Assembly (NCBI RefSeq): GCF_001194135.2
Contig: NC_068985.1
Span: 69,798,332 to 69,858,845, forward strand
DNA: 60,514 nucleotides
Direction of reading: 5' to 3'
From: Octopus bimaculoides
Lineage: Eukaryota
Both the position numbers and the translations under genes were made by a program. Shown here one piece after another: positions 13,181 through 26,399 of the stretch. The notes under the pieces were generated by a model that ran no database searches, was not told the DNA's origin, and saw only the letters and a program-made list of their open reading frames with translations. The first letter of the stretch is position 1, and each line of letters starts with the position of its first letter.

Positions 13181-13262
13181 TGCTTATTTTATCGACCTTG
13201 AAAGGCTGAATGGGCAAGTCGACCTCGGCAGAATTTGATTTCAGAACATAAAGACGGATTCC
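13180..13262 (-). mobile_element. Partial tRNA-derived SINE, family A
   Basis: TTTATCGACC...AAGTCGACCTCGGCAGAATTTGA matches the copies at 28.3-28.8 kb and 37.8 kb. Confidence 0.7.
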
Positions 13263-13884
13263 AAAACAGAACAGTTTGAAAGTGTGAGTTTATTCCACAG
13301 CTGGTTACAAGGCACTAACGAAGAGGGCAATGGCTTGTTCTGATCTGCTGGAAGTAATTAGAGCCACTGAAATTAGTGTGTTTTATTTTTCTTTATCGAT
13401 CTGGGTGCACTAGGTGAAAAACAAATGTAGGGGTGTCTATATCACACAGATACAGAACGCTTCTCACCACTTCTCCAGGATTCAGTGACTGGCGATCGGC
13501 ACATACAATCATTCTGACTGATGTGTAAACGAAAAGAGTTTAATTAACTGTGATGCCCTAAAACGCTTTCTTTTTTAACGTTAGTACGAACGGTATATTG
13601 AAATATTTAGAGGTTTACAAAAACCTCAAAGAGGAAGGACACCGAAAAAGAATTTAAATGATACACATTATCCTTGATAATGTGTGATCCACATATATTT
13701 GACAAAAAATATACTTATGTGGATCGGTAAAACAAGCAGGCTCTGCATACTTTCTGCAACCCGGACCCAGTGACTTCCGACAGCGAACACCTATTTTCTC
13801 AGTCAAACGAAAGACATTCTTCACGATTTGTTGCCATAGACAACCTGAAATTGGTTGAGAATAAGTAGACAGTGCAGTGCGTAC

Positions 13885-14022
13885 CTGAATACTTTCTAAG
13901 AGAATATATTGTGTACTATCTTTGTATGGATGAAGACGGATTGTATTATCAAGTGGATTTTCAATGTTTCCTAACAGCTTATAAAAATGTTCTAGTAAAT
14001 TTTTCATTAGTTTAACAACGAC
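13885..14022 (-). CDS. Candidate coding exon of an unidentified host gene (46 codons)
   Basis: AG acceptor, CAG|gtacgc donor, 138 nt, open only in phase 0: VVVKLMKNLLEHFYKLLGNIENPLDNTIRLHPYKDSTQYILLESIQ. Lies inside the 150-aa ORF 13654-14106. No protein family recognised. Confidence 0.4.
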
Positions 14023-14198
14023 CTTCATATGGGGAGAATTAATGAAGACGTGGCTGCTAGTTTTACGAGTTAAATCTACCAGCATGTGATTTTCAAACCT
14101 TATCATTTGATATTAGACATCTTATATATAGTCATTGAATACACATTGTGGCTGTTATTCTAACATTTATGCTGATCATTTTGTCATATATGATATAC

Positions 14199-14255
14199 CT
14201 CAATTAAACGATTGTCTCTTGGGCCATGCAAAAATAAAGTCAATGCTGTTTTCAC
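14199..14255 (-). CDS. Candidate coding exon of an unidentified host gene (19 codons)
   Basis: Acceptor ttgtttttaattgtag, donor GAG|gtatat, 57 nt, open only in phase 0 (VKTALTLFLHGPRDNRLIE). Phase-compatible with 13885-14022 across a 176-nt intron. Confidence 0.4.
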
Positions 14256-16929
14256 CTACAATTAAAAACAATACCTTAACAAGCAATTCATACTCAAACT
14301 GAAATCGGAAATTTACCTACGAGGTAATAGGATTTGGTCTACGTTTCAATGAGTGTATTTTACCTCTTATTAAAAACATTAAGTTTGGAAAATAATACAT
14401 TTATTTCTATTGTGGCTTAAAGAAAGTCCATGAAGTATACAATTCGATTAATGTTTTTGTGTATACTGATATGCGCAAGAAGAACTTATGTCATAGAGAT
14501 ACACACGTCTTATCATTTAATCATGAAGTCTATTGTTATATAGACAACACCTTGGAATACCGTGAAAGAGTAATCCTACGTATTTACTTTGAATCTAAAT
14601 ATATAAAACAGAGCGGAATTCTTGAATCCTAAACAATCTTACTTCACATTAAGAAAATAATACATATATTTATAGAAATATTCCTACCAACCTTATTAAC
14701 CCAGCTAGATTATAATTAAGAAACGCATTTAAAACTGGAGGTATTAAAGATTATGAAAGTACCTCCATGAAACATACTGAACTGACAAGTAACCCAGAAT
14801 TTGTCTTAAATTCTTCCATTAACAATAACAATAATAGTGACTATTATTCTCAAGGTACTGGAATTCTAATCATTAAAAGTTTCGATACTTCACTTCTCAA
14901 AATGTTTGAATTACACAAGTGAGGCAGATGTTAATAATTATTTAGAGTACAATAAAAATCCTAAATAATCACAAAACTATGTCGAAAACAAAAGAAAGCA
15001 ACTTTTAATATTCCTCCTGTTATAGGTTTGTAGAGAAATAATTCAGCTGAAATTAAAATTCGCATTGAATGTTTTCTTTTAAAATTTTGAAATGTGTTTC
15101 CCTACTTAGAGGACATCCTTAACAACACAACGGTCATTTATCGCTTCAAAGTATAATACTTATTTGACTGTTAGTCTGACGAATGATCTACATCGCTTTA
15201 ACTAAAGACAAATTGTATGAAACACAGAATTAAAGACAGAACCACTCTATTCGTCCTAATAGTAGCATTAATAATTTTTTATAGTATTGGTTTAATTAAT
15301 GTAATTTTTTTATATTTTAAAATATTATTACAATAATTGTGTATTAAAAAGAGAAACTAATGTAAACGAAACCTACAAAATGAATAGCACACTAAAGACA
15401 GCTAAATAAAAAGATCAGATATTTTATCCAGAGCTCAAATTTGCATCATTCAATCCAAATAATGAATACCTTTATCTTACTTTGCACCTCTTCATAAATT
15501 CATAGCTGGATTTTATAACTGTACTATGAATACTCGTTCCATTCTACCATGCGCTTTCTTCCAAAAATATTGAATTGTATAATCTCATCAAATTTAACCA
15601 ACGTAGGCTAATCACCAGCTAATAAGGATTATTTCAGCAACCTTTTTAATTACCCGCTCAACTTTAAATGTTCAGCGAGGTATTTATTTCACGGCTAAGA
15701 CACTTAAATTTCTTTATAATAACCATAACGTTACATTTCGAAATAGCACCAGGATTCATCTTGCGCTATTCTTTTACTATATTCAGAAACGGAAAATTTG
15801 CAGCATGATTCATAATCTAAATTGCCATATTCTTTCAAACTTTATTCATATACAGAAAACAAGATAGCATGCCGTATTTAAATAGCAAAGGCTTCTATAA
15901 TGCTTATACCCTTAACAGAACCACGGAATAGAATTGTTCCTTACAACATGAAATATTTAGATCACAAATATTTTCAAATTATCTATTCTGTTCTCTTCAT
16001 TAGCATTGATATATGTTATAGATGACGTGAGGTAGTTACCAGTTTCACAAATGCACTAAGATATAATTTTTCTAAAGATCACGTCAATTTGTCATCACGT
16101 CATCACCTTTTAAATTACGCTAATATGATTATTTCTTTAGCTATTACTTTTTCCTGAAGTTTTTGCCTTCTTGTAATTTACATTACCTAATTTCTAATCT
16201 TGTACACTTCTTAATACATTTATATTAGATTCAATAAGTTTGTGCCTGTAATGTATTTCGTATGATTCAAGTATTTATTAACGATTATGGCTAGTATGTA
16301 TTTTTCTTACTGATAATTATTCTGCACTAATGTACTAATACATATATGTATGCATGTAAGACTTGTTTGTTTGTTTGTGTGTGTGTGTGTGCACGCGCGC
16401 CATTTTATGCGTGTCATTTTATGTGAAGTTTACGTGCACACTAATTAGTGTACTTCGTGCAATGTTCTATCTATTTGTAACTGTATTAAATAACATTTTA
16501 TTTTACTTGGAATTTCTAAATATGAATGAGACTCCAGGAAGAAATGTGCGTGTTAAACCGATTCATATTCCTGCATTTTAACATATATACGATTATTGGT
16601 ATAAGAGCATTTGATATCTCACATATATGAATATCATTACTAGTTATCTTGAATATCAGAGGCCAGTTTTTATACATCTGTGCGCTGCTCTTACAGGTTT
16701 CTGAGTGGGGTGTGACGCCAAGGCAATAGCTAAAAATTTTTGGATACTTGGATACTTACCGACATTAAGTTTGATTGATCATATATGTATATATATGCAT
16801 GTGTATGTCAGAGCGAATGTGTGTGTCATTCTTATGTGCGTGCAAGTGTGTGAAGGTATATATGCTTATATTCATATATATTTGTGCATGTGTGAGCATG
16901 TACGTGTGATTGTGCATATGTGTATATAA

Positions 16930-16984
16930 GTATTATGTATCTATCTATCGCGCTTTCTACCTATCTGTCTATCTTTCTAACTAT

Positions 16985-17042
<58 letters not shown>

Positions 17043-17090
17043 GTCTGTCTGTATGTCTGTCTGTCTACCAACCTACCTACCTACCTATTT
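16930..17090. repeat. (TCTA)n/(TCTG)n/(CCTA)n tetranucleotide microsatellite
   Basis: Read directly. Confidence 0.95.
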
Positions 17091-17499
17091 TTATATGTAT
17101 CATCAAATATGTTTTGTAAAATAATGTATGAGAGCTGCCTAATAGGTCTGTCATTATCGTTTTGTGATGAATAGGATTATATCCACATCCATAAAAACTA
17201 CGTACAGTGTATGTATTTACGTTAATAAGACTCGATATTCATCAACTAGTAGTTTGAAGTCTTTGAGGTAATCTTGAAATAGTTACTTGTTAAGTAAAAG
17301 CTGCTAAAGCCTACCCCAAAAATGTTAAGAAATGTGAAACACCCATCCTTTACATGCAGAAGTATGTAATTACAGGTGCCTTATTTTCGTTTTAAACTGA
17401 ATCATATTAACATTATTCGTGTAGCTGTATGTATACAGGCATGTATGCGTGCATGTATGCATGTATGTATCTATCAGTATATACGTGCGTGTGTCCCTG

Positions 17500-17530
17500 T
17501 CGTGTGTAACGAATATATAAACATACATAT

Positions 17531-17584
<54 letters not shown>

Positions 17585-17719
17585 GTATGTATCTATGTAT
17601 GTATGTGTGTGTATATATATATATATGTGTGTGTGTGTTTGTGTGTGTGCGTGTGTGTATGTATGTATATATGTGTATGTTTGTATATAAAATATATACA
17701 TATATAGCGAGCGATAGAT

Positions 17720-17766
<47 letters not shown>

Positions 17767-17790
17767 GAAAGAGAGAGAGAGAGAGGGCGG
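17500..17790. repeat. (TA)n/(TG)n/(GA)n microsatellite field
   Basis: Read directly. Confidence 0.95.
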
Positions 17791-18964
17791 AAGATTATGA
17801 ATGAGAAAGCGAGAGTGAGAAAGAGAATCGTGATGCTCTTTGCAGGTCAAATTTTTCTCTATACCACCACGCCATTTTCACGAAAAACAATATTTGTTTG
17901 CTTCATATTTCTACGTTGTGTACTAATAGGATGTATCTTATTAAATTATATAGTATTGTTAACCATCGGTCTTAGATATTAATTTAAGGTTTCAACTACT
18001 AAGGTTGTTTGTGATTTCAGAATCCAAATAGTCAATATTCCTGTTTGTCTGATTACAGAGACTGCCAATCGTTATTTCATGGAGTCATGTTCATCATATG
18101 CTATTGAAACATGCACAGTCAGACTTTACGTCTCTTTTGCAATATGCACGTCTCACTACTCTATATATTCAAAAAAGGATCAAAAACATTACTCCTAAAG
18201 AATTATTTGATCAAATTTAACCTTTATTAAGAGATTTTCTGTTATTTTTTAGTAATATAGTCATCAAGCAGTCTAGTATGTCAAGCGTAACAATAGCTTT
18301 AAATTAATTTTCTGTCTTATTGAACAATAAATACCATCAAAAATGAATATTGGTTGAAAAAGAATGTCTAGAAATTGTTACCTTCCTTTTTAGTTCTGCT
18401 TTTCATTGCCATTTTCATTGACTTTGATTTTTTTTTTATTTTCCGCTTTGCATGCTTAAACTTTAGGATACACACTTAATAGAACTAGATTCAAAATACA
18501 ACATACCCATATAAATATGTAACAATGCGCTAACATTGAAAGTCATTTATGTTATCAATCCTTGTCAGTTTTTGTTTAATTAGTTGTGGCAGCTGATGAA
18601 GTTTATATTTCTAGATTGATGTAAGGAGGAAAATATCACATCCGTATCAAAACTTCTGATGAAGAAATATTGATAGGGATTTGAGATATGGGCTGTAGTT
18701 TGATGTTTGTATCGACGTCTCTTAGCTTCCAATAAACAACTTATTGTAGTGGCAGTAGAGGAAACAATGAAAAGAAATAACATGCATTTGAAATAAAGAT
18801 GCTTGCGTGTTACTCACAGAATATTTGCGATCTATTGTTATTATTATCTTTTCTTTATTAGACACAAGGATCGGCAAAAATAACACTGGACATTACAAAA
18901 CATGAAGAAAAAAGTGGGATAATATAAAGTGCCTCCTATTGTTATTATTATTTTCATTATTATT

Positions 18965-19385
18965 ATTATCACTGAGCCAGAGAGCGGTGCATAACCATCA
19001 GAGATACAATGGGGTAAAAATATATGAAGCCCAATATATCCAACATTACTACCCGTCTGGTAATGTTACACGAGCACATGCATCACGTCCATACGCATGT
19101 GGCATGGGGATTTCATATCGACATACACAGCACATGACCTTGCAGGCGAAGCCCAGTTAGATCTTGCTTTAAGTTGAGTAGCCCATCCTACTCAAGAGGT
19201 CCCTTAATAACAGTTGTTTAAGGATGCTGAACAGAACATTCATGTTTCCGAAGGCAAATTATTCAAACCTCAAAGAACTCCACATGACTCTCAAGCTTCC
19301 CCACTAATTCTGCTCGTGATCAGAGATGCGCAAATTGTAAGCCAACAAGGGACATGCTCAACTGTTTAAGTGACAAGTAAATCTG
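18965..19385 (-). mobile_element. Unclassified ~420 bp interspersed repeat ending in an (AAT)n tail
   Basis: Higher-GC non-coding block bounded by (TTA)n tracts on both sides; on the minus strand it ends ...CTCTCTGGCTCAGTG(ATA)n. Only one copy in this window. Confidence 0.45.
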
Positions 19386-19397
19386 TTATCATTATTA

Positions 19398-19493
<96 letters not shown>

Positions 19494-19494
19494 T

Positions 19495-22303
19495 TGCCTT
19501 TGCAATGTAGTGGCGTACATTGGGTGGCAATATGACATGTGGGTTCACCATTTTGTCCACAGATTCTGCAAATTTTGATGTTCGGTATTTTATGTAGTTT
19601 GTTCTTAGACCTTGCTCTTGGGCAACACAGATTAGAGCCTCCGTTTCCGGTTTTAAATCACTTTTAGTCATCCACAGGCATTTTTTTTTCTCTGTCTGTC
19701 TTATCTTCAACATTCCTATGAAATTGCCCATGTATTCTTTTCTTTACCCCCTATTTTCAGTTTCATTCGTTTTCAATTTCTTGTAGAGTGCTTTATCATT
19801 GCAATCTTTCATCCTATACAAGCCTCAACTTTTTACTTGTAATAATAGCGGTTCTGTAGCATTTTTAGATACCATGGTATGTTGTTTGCTTTTTCTCTAA
19901 TGCTGTATTCGCATCCAATAAGTCCTCTTCCCCCTCCTTTTCTTGCTACATACAGTCTGTCTGTATCACTTTTTGGGTGAAGTGACCCATATCTAGTTAG
20001 CAAATTCCTTGTCTTTTTGTCTAAGCTGTTTAGTTCGTCTTCTGTCCAGCCGATTACCTCCTGCTCCATATCTAAGGAGTGCAACCGCCCAGGTGTTGAT
20101 AGCTTCGATCTTATTCCGTCCGTTTAACTTCGACTTAAGTATCAGTCTTAGTCTGCGAAAGTACTACACCTTAAATTTTTCTGTCATTTCTAACTACATC
20201 AATTTATCGATTTCCAAAATCCTCAAGTACATATAGCCCGTCTCTTCTATCTGCTTCATAACCTTCTCCGTCGTATCGATAGCCTGTCCATACATTTGAT
20301 TTTACCTCTCTTCAAGACTAATACACTACACGCTCTCGGTCGAAACTCCATTGTGATATCAGCATTGAAAGTATAGACTCTATCAACGAAAGAACTGACT
20401 TAGGCTTCATCTTTGTGGTCATCTGTGAATAACAAATTGTTGACTTTTTGTTGGTGGCTTTTGAATACATACCCATCTTTTGCTTTCCTCAGAATCAGTG
20501 TTAGTGGTATCAAGCACAGAACAAAGATCAGTGTGGAAAGGCAGTCCCCTTGGAAGAAGCCCCTCCTGATTTCTACTGTTCCTAAACTTCTTCCGTATGC
20601 TGTCAAATCCGTCCTCCAATTCGCCATACTTTTTCCAACAATCGCTCAACATTCAATGCAATACCAAATAGGTTCATACATTCCATTATCCAAAATTGTG
20701 GGATCATATAATACGCCTTACAATAGTCGATCCATGGCATAGCTAACTCACTTTTCCTCCTCTTGATAGTTGTGTCTACCAGGAGTTGATCCTTGTTACC
20801 TCTGCTCTTACGCTTGCAACATTTTTGTCGACACTTAACACGTTGTTGAGTTGCGCAGCTATTCGAGCATGACATTCACCAAATCTTTTGATCCAGTAGC
20901 CTTGAACTCCATCTGGTGCCATCCAGTTGCTCATTTTTCTTCCCGATTTCCTTCACTTCTCTAACTGAAATTACTAGTTCTTCCTATTTCGCACAGACTA
21001 CTGCTTGTTTCAGTTCTTGCAACCATTCAGCATCCTTTTTGTGTTCCTTGTCTTTGCTGCAGATGTCACTCCAAAATCTTTGACTTTCATTGCTATCTGG
21101 TATCAACGTTTCATCTGTACACTCTCCATTTATTTCTTTAGAGAATCTCTTCTGATCTACTTTGAATAACCTATTAGGGTGGTAACCCTTCATTCTTTTG
21201 TCGTATCTTACCATCTTTGCTTTGTTTGCAACGAGGCGCTGTTTGGGTTCCTTCACTACTACTTTTAGACCCTTTCTTTCAATATTATACTTTCTTTTCA
21301 GCGCCCTGTATTTTTGTTCGCTTTTAAGTTTCAGTTTCTCATTTTTGTTCTAACACAGACATTTCCTTCGAGAGCATGTGTAACCCTGCCTGGATTCTTC
21401 TTTTCCACCATGGGTCTTTTCTTTTGTCACCCCTATTATATTTCTTTTTTCTTAACATCAACACACATTTTCTGCTACAACAATACGTTCTGCCTTGATC
21501 AAATTATTTGTTTTTGTGATGTTGTTTGTTCTGATGTATTTCAGATTATCATTGACATTTTTTCGTTTCTTGGTTCAACTTCTACCGTTCAACCTTTTTA
21601 AGGTTGAAAATAATGTCGCTATCGTTCTACTGTAGTCTTGCCTTTATTCTGTCATAGATTACTTTTTGTTCATCTGTCATGTCACCATTAGTTTTATTGT
21701 CTTCTTTTAGATCACCTATATGTCTCTCATCAAGTAAACTGCCACTGTTTCTTTCATGTGCTATGTGATTACTTTTATTAGTAAGAACTGTATTTTCATC
21801 GATATGTCTGCTGCGATTTTCCAAGACCTGTCTTTTGATGGCTTGGAGTTCTAGTTCTGTGAACTAACGATTTTTCCTTATTGCTCTAACTTGATCTCAT
21901 AGTCTGTTCTGTGAGTTGAAAAATCTCTTTTCCCACCAATAATCATACATACGTTGACAGTAACTCCTAATTTGAGCACCATTTGCATCTACCAGGTTGC
22001 TCAGGTAGTATCAATCCATGACTACAGCATTAATTTATTTGTTCCATCTACGCAGTGTGTGGTGGTCCCTTTCTGGATACCGACAGGCTGGAACTAGACC
22101 AGAATCTCTAAACCTACCAGGTGTAACACTGTCACCATCAATGGCTTCAATTTCATTACCACCGTTATTCACAATATTGTGTTTATTCATTGTCACTCAT
22201 ATGAGGTAGCTATTACCAGGTTGCGCAATTACCAGTGTCTTTATTGTGACACCATCACTCGATGTATCATTAATCAGGCCATGGAGAGGCTCCATTTGCT
22301 CAT
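19495..22303 (-). mobile_element. Decayed R4/Dong-like retrotransposon from 5' end to CCHC motif, RLE absent
   Basis: Putative ATG at 22200; RRWNK*INAVVMDCYY...DQVRAIRKN; RT RRGFFQGDCLSTLIF, LLFTDD; LHPKSDTDRLYVARKGGGRGL; CRICGQNGEPTCHIATQC at ~19520-19580. The 5' junction sits in (AAT)n at 22305-22322. Confidence 0.9.
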
Positions 22304-22529
22304 TTTATTATTATTATTATCATCTCTGTTATCAATGGTATTGTTGTTTTGACCCCAGATTCCTGTGCTATCAGAATAGTAGTTGTTGTAGTATTTGTAG
22401 TATTAGCAGCTGGAGCATATCATTATTTTTATTTTTATCATTATCACCATCACCACCACTACCGCTGTTATTACCATTATTACGATTTCCATTTATTATG
22501 AAAAGACTTTGCTAAATGTTTTTTACATT

Positions 22530-24407
22530 CAACTTTTGTCTTGTACATGAGATAATCAAATTGTTAGGGAAGAGGTTGGCGCAAGTCATCGAGAAATTGG
22601 TTCGAGACGTACAAACATGCGCCGTCCCAAACAGGTCCATCCACAACAACTTTCACCTCTTGCGCTACGTCGTTTTTTAGGGTAGTTAAGAAACCTGGCA
22701 ATTTCGATCCGTAAAAAAGCATTTGATAGGGTTGACCATCAATATATGATGACTACTCTCAGGGCGGCCAGTTCCGATCCTGTTTTTCGCGGTTGGATCG
22801 CTGCCATGTACAGCGACACCTGCTCGGTAGTAAGGTGACCATTCATCTCCGGATGAATGGTCACCTAACGGAACCTTTCAATATCGTGCGTTCGGTCCAT
22901 CAAGAGTGCCCATCTCGTCTCTTCTGCCTGTACTCGTATTCGAGCCATAACATCGGCAACTGGAGACGTTGTGAAGCATCTCGCGTGAACAAGGATGTGG
23001 AAATGTTGTTTCGGGATATGACGCAAATTCCTCGGCGTCTGGTTCAGACCAGACCTCCAACTGGAGCACAACTGGAGCAAGATGATGAGCATGGTAGCCA
23101 GTCTCACCCAGAAATGGGTCGAGAGTAAGTTATCCTGCAAAGGTCGGGCAGAGGTGGCGAACACATACGTTACCCCGTTCATTTACTACCACCTCATCGT
23201 CGTGCCTTGTCCTCGTTCGTACCTGGTCACGCTGGAGCGTTTGCTTTTCCTCCTCTAATGATAGGGACGGACTTCGCTGGTCAGGCGGTCTAGTTGCTAT
23301 CAAAACCCTATGAACTGTAGGCATGGTATGCCGTGGCTATTGATGCGCAGACATACGCTGAGGCTGCGGCATATTAAGCGTTTCCTCAACGACGGCGAGC
23401 AGGTGTGGTTGCTCTTTGTCAGACTCGCTTTCCCGCAGCTCGTCTGTTTGAGTGAGCTGCAATCTTGGATCAAGCGTAGACAGAGCTTGGGTGTCTGGCA
23501 TCTTGAGTGTCGCCAGGCGCTTACGCTCCTCAGCGAGTTGGGCAATGCGATTATTGGAAGTTCTACTATGGCGTCGTATAGAGGGTTAGTGGTGAACGCA
23601 AAAGACATTGTACTTCGGGTGACTCTAGAGGTCGAAGAATTTCAACTCGCCAGTCTGCTCTGAAGAACTTTCGGGCCGGAGCCTATAGATAACTTCCAGA
23701 AATCCCTGGCCTGGCAGTGCTACAGGGCAGATTTACTTGTTCGAGATAAACTCTACAGGCAAGGACCTGCCCGAGATGTGCGTAGAGCGTCCAAACCGTT
23801 CTGCACGCATTCGTCTAGTGCCCGAGCATATCTGGTACATGGGTTTATGTTGAACACCTGGTGTCACGCGTAGGACGTGTCCGCTTGTTGGCTGATTTCA
23901 TCATGAAGATTGCCCCGCTGCCTTCTTTTGGCCGGCAAGGGAAGGCAATTTTCCTCTGTTTCGTAGCTGTAGCGAAAGAGGTTGTGTGGTGGTCTAGACT
24001 GAAATGGCGGAAGACAAATACATTTTTCTTTGGCCTACGCCTCATCAACATTTTCAGATACCAGATGAAAAGGAAACTGAGGGCTGAGAGAGAAGTGCGG
24101 ACTTCCAGCAATTTTGCTAAAAGGTGGGTGAATGTGGGGAAGATGGTACATGCGCTTTTGAGACTGCAAGGCTGAGAGAGACAGAAAGATGGGGAAAGGA
24201 GTGTTGCCCTGGTGGTCGTGGCACTTGAAGGTATTTTCGTGGGGACACCATGTGTAGCGCAGAGTTGCTTGCTTCTTTTAGACATTTTCTTTGTTATATT
24301 TTTCATTGTTATTGACGTTTTAAACGACACTTTATGTAATCCCACTTTGTCCTTCATGTTTTGTAAAGTCCAGTGTTATATTTGCCGATCCTTGTGTCTA
24401 ATAAAGA

Positions 24408-24410
<3 letters not shown>
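22530..24410 (+). mobile_element. 5'-truncated Tx1/L1-like LINE (ORF2 RT to 3' end) with internal deletions
   Basis: AVPNRSIHNNFHLLRY; KAFDRVDHQY; NGHLTEPFNIVRSVHQECP; KFLGVWF; C-terminal FLCFVAVAKEVVWWSRLK...FAKRWV; AATAAAGAAAG at 24400-24410 followed by (TAT)n. Confidence 0.9.
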
Positions 24411-24485
<75 letters not shown>

Positions 24486-24529
24486 CATTGTTGATGTTGT
24501 TGCTGTTATTATTATCATTATTATCATTA

Positions 24530-25560
24530 TTAAAGACGTCACACAGTATCCAATATTGTGATGCTGTTGATTGAAGATATTATGTGTACCGGGGGTTTGA
24601 TTGGCTGCCAAGTCACAACAAGGACCTCAGGCAGACAATACATTACACAATATGCATGCTGCTCCAAGTTATCCAGATTTTTGTAATACACCTATATAGT
24701 AGGGTATTTTTGAAGTTTTTTTTCAGGTTGGGTGGTATTGAACCCAATCCTCCGATGATAATAGGGACAAACTTTATGTTTGATTCTCGTAGCTGCCTCA
24801 TCTTGGTGATCTCAATTCTCAGGTCTCCATATTTATCCATCTTTTCTCTTTCTTTCATGATAATATATTGATTTCCTGGCCCTGTCATGTCGATTATTAG
24901 GCACTCTTTTTTGTCCTTCCTAAAGGTTACTATATCCGGCCTTCGGTTCTCTAACACCTTGTCTGTCTTGAAGTCAACGTCCTGGAGGTTTTTTGCCTTC
25001 TCCTTTTCGTTTTTATCTTTTCCTGCGTATGTTGGTACCAAGAACCCGATATCTTGTATCCATAATTCCAGCATAATAGCCACTGAATGTTTTGGCTACC
25101 TTGTCGTGATGGAATTTGTACTCTTTCTGCGCAAGACTTTCATAAGCACTAACAATGTGAGTCTCACTTTCGACATTCTTCCCACACACCCTTGCTGAGC
25201 CACCTCCATGATGCTTCCTCGTCTTGTAAGAAGTTAGTTTCACGGTCGAACTCACCATATAACTCCATGCGGTGTAGCGTTTGTTCTCTCTCACTGGTTG
25301 TTCGTTATCGGAATTCATGAGTACACTCAAGTCCATTTTTGGTAAATATTTCTGCATTAGCAGCTTCCTGTAGGTCTTGTTTGCTGTTTACCAGATATTC
25401 TGCCATGTTTCTTTCTTTACTGTTGATGCACTCCTGTTCGCTAATCAGCCCACGTCAAACTTTATCCCATTCCATGTAGAGCCTGTGTACATTCGGCTTA
25501 ATGTGGAGGACACTATACATTGTCATTGTCTTTCAGGTAGTGCGATCGAGTTGTTTAATC
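24530..25560 (-). mobile_element. 3' fragment of R4/Dong-like retrotransposon with RLE domain and (AAT)n tail
   Basis: SHIVSAYESLAQKEYKFHHDKVA; RRPDIV...CLIIDM...EKMDKYGDLRIEI...PIIIGGLGSIP; UTR and then the tail at 24411-24530. Confidence 0.9.
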
Positions 25561-25914
25561 TCCGCTTTATAATTATTATTTATCACCAGTGGCGGTCAAG
25601 ATTTTGAAGTTCAGTAAGAAGTCTGCACTTTGTTTTCCTTATCATAAGATAAATTTTATTAATTTCATTGTTATATCTTTTTTCAAGGTGGCCTCGTCCT
25701 TATTGGTCTGCTCAGCAGTTGGGTTTACCTACTCTAGAAGGGGAAAAATATGGAAAGAAAATGTTCGTTTCGAGACAGTGAAAGAGTTCTCTATGACACT
25801 GTCTTCCTCGCCAAATTAATAAGAGAGGAAGGTGGGAGGAGACTTTAAAAGCGAAAATACTTATCGATCTTAATTTCTACCCACGAATTTTCCAAGCACA
25901 AATACAAGAAGTGC

Positions 25915-25978
25915 AGTGTTATCAGCAGAAGCAGCAGCAGCAACAACAACAGAAACAATAACTACAACAACAACAGCA

Positions 25979-26026
<48 letters not shown>

Positions 26027-26100
26027 GCCACCGTTGCTGCTGTTGCTGCCGTTGCTTTTGCTACTAACTACAGTAGCGGCAACAGTATGGTCAAGGAAAT
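25915..26100. repeat. (CAG)/(CAA)/(CTA)n trinucleotide tract
   Basis: Read directly. Confidence 0.9.
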
Positions 26101-26399
26101 ATCGAGTAACAAAGCTCTAAAATTCACCAACAGCAGCGAAGCGTGCATTATGAGCACACTCACCATATCCGCAACACAAATAAGAAATAGTATAACCATT
26201 GAAAACGACGCTTGAAATACCGACAGTACTAAAACTCGAAACAAAGATATTTCTATTGCGAAAATAATTAATGTATTTGATGTGATACCACTAAATAAAA
26301 GAATGATTCGTTAACGGAGACAGAAAAGCATGTATTGTGACATGGTAAAAGAAAGGTTACACTATATATATCACAGAACCTTTTAACGAAAACTATTAT

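Noticed and set aside
13654-14106. 150-aa single-exon gene
   Set aside because: There is no promoter or homology support, and internal splice signals suggest that at most part of it is an exon.
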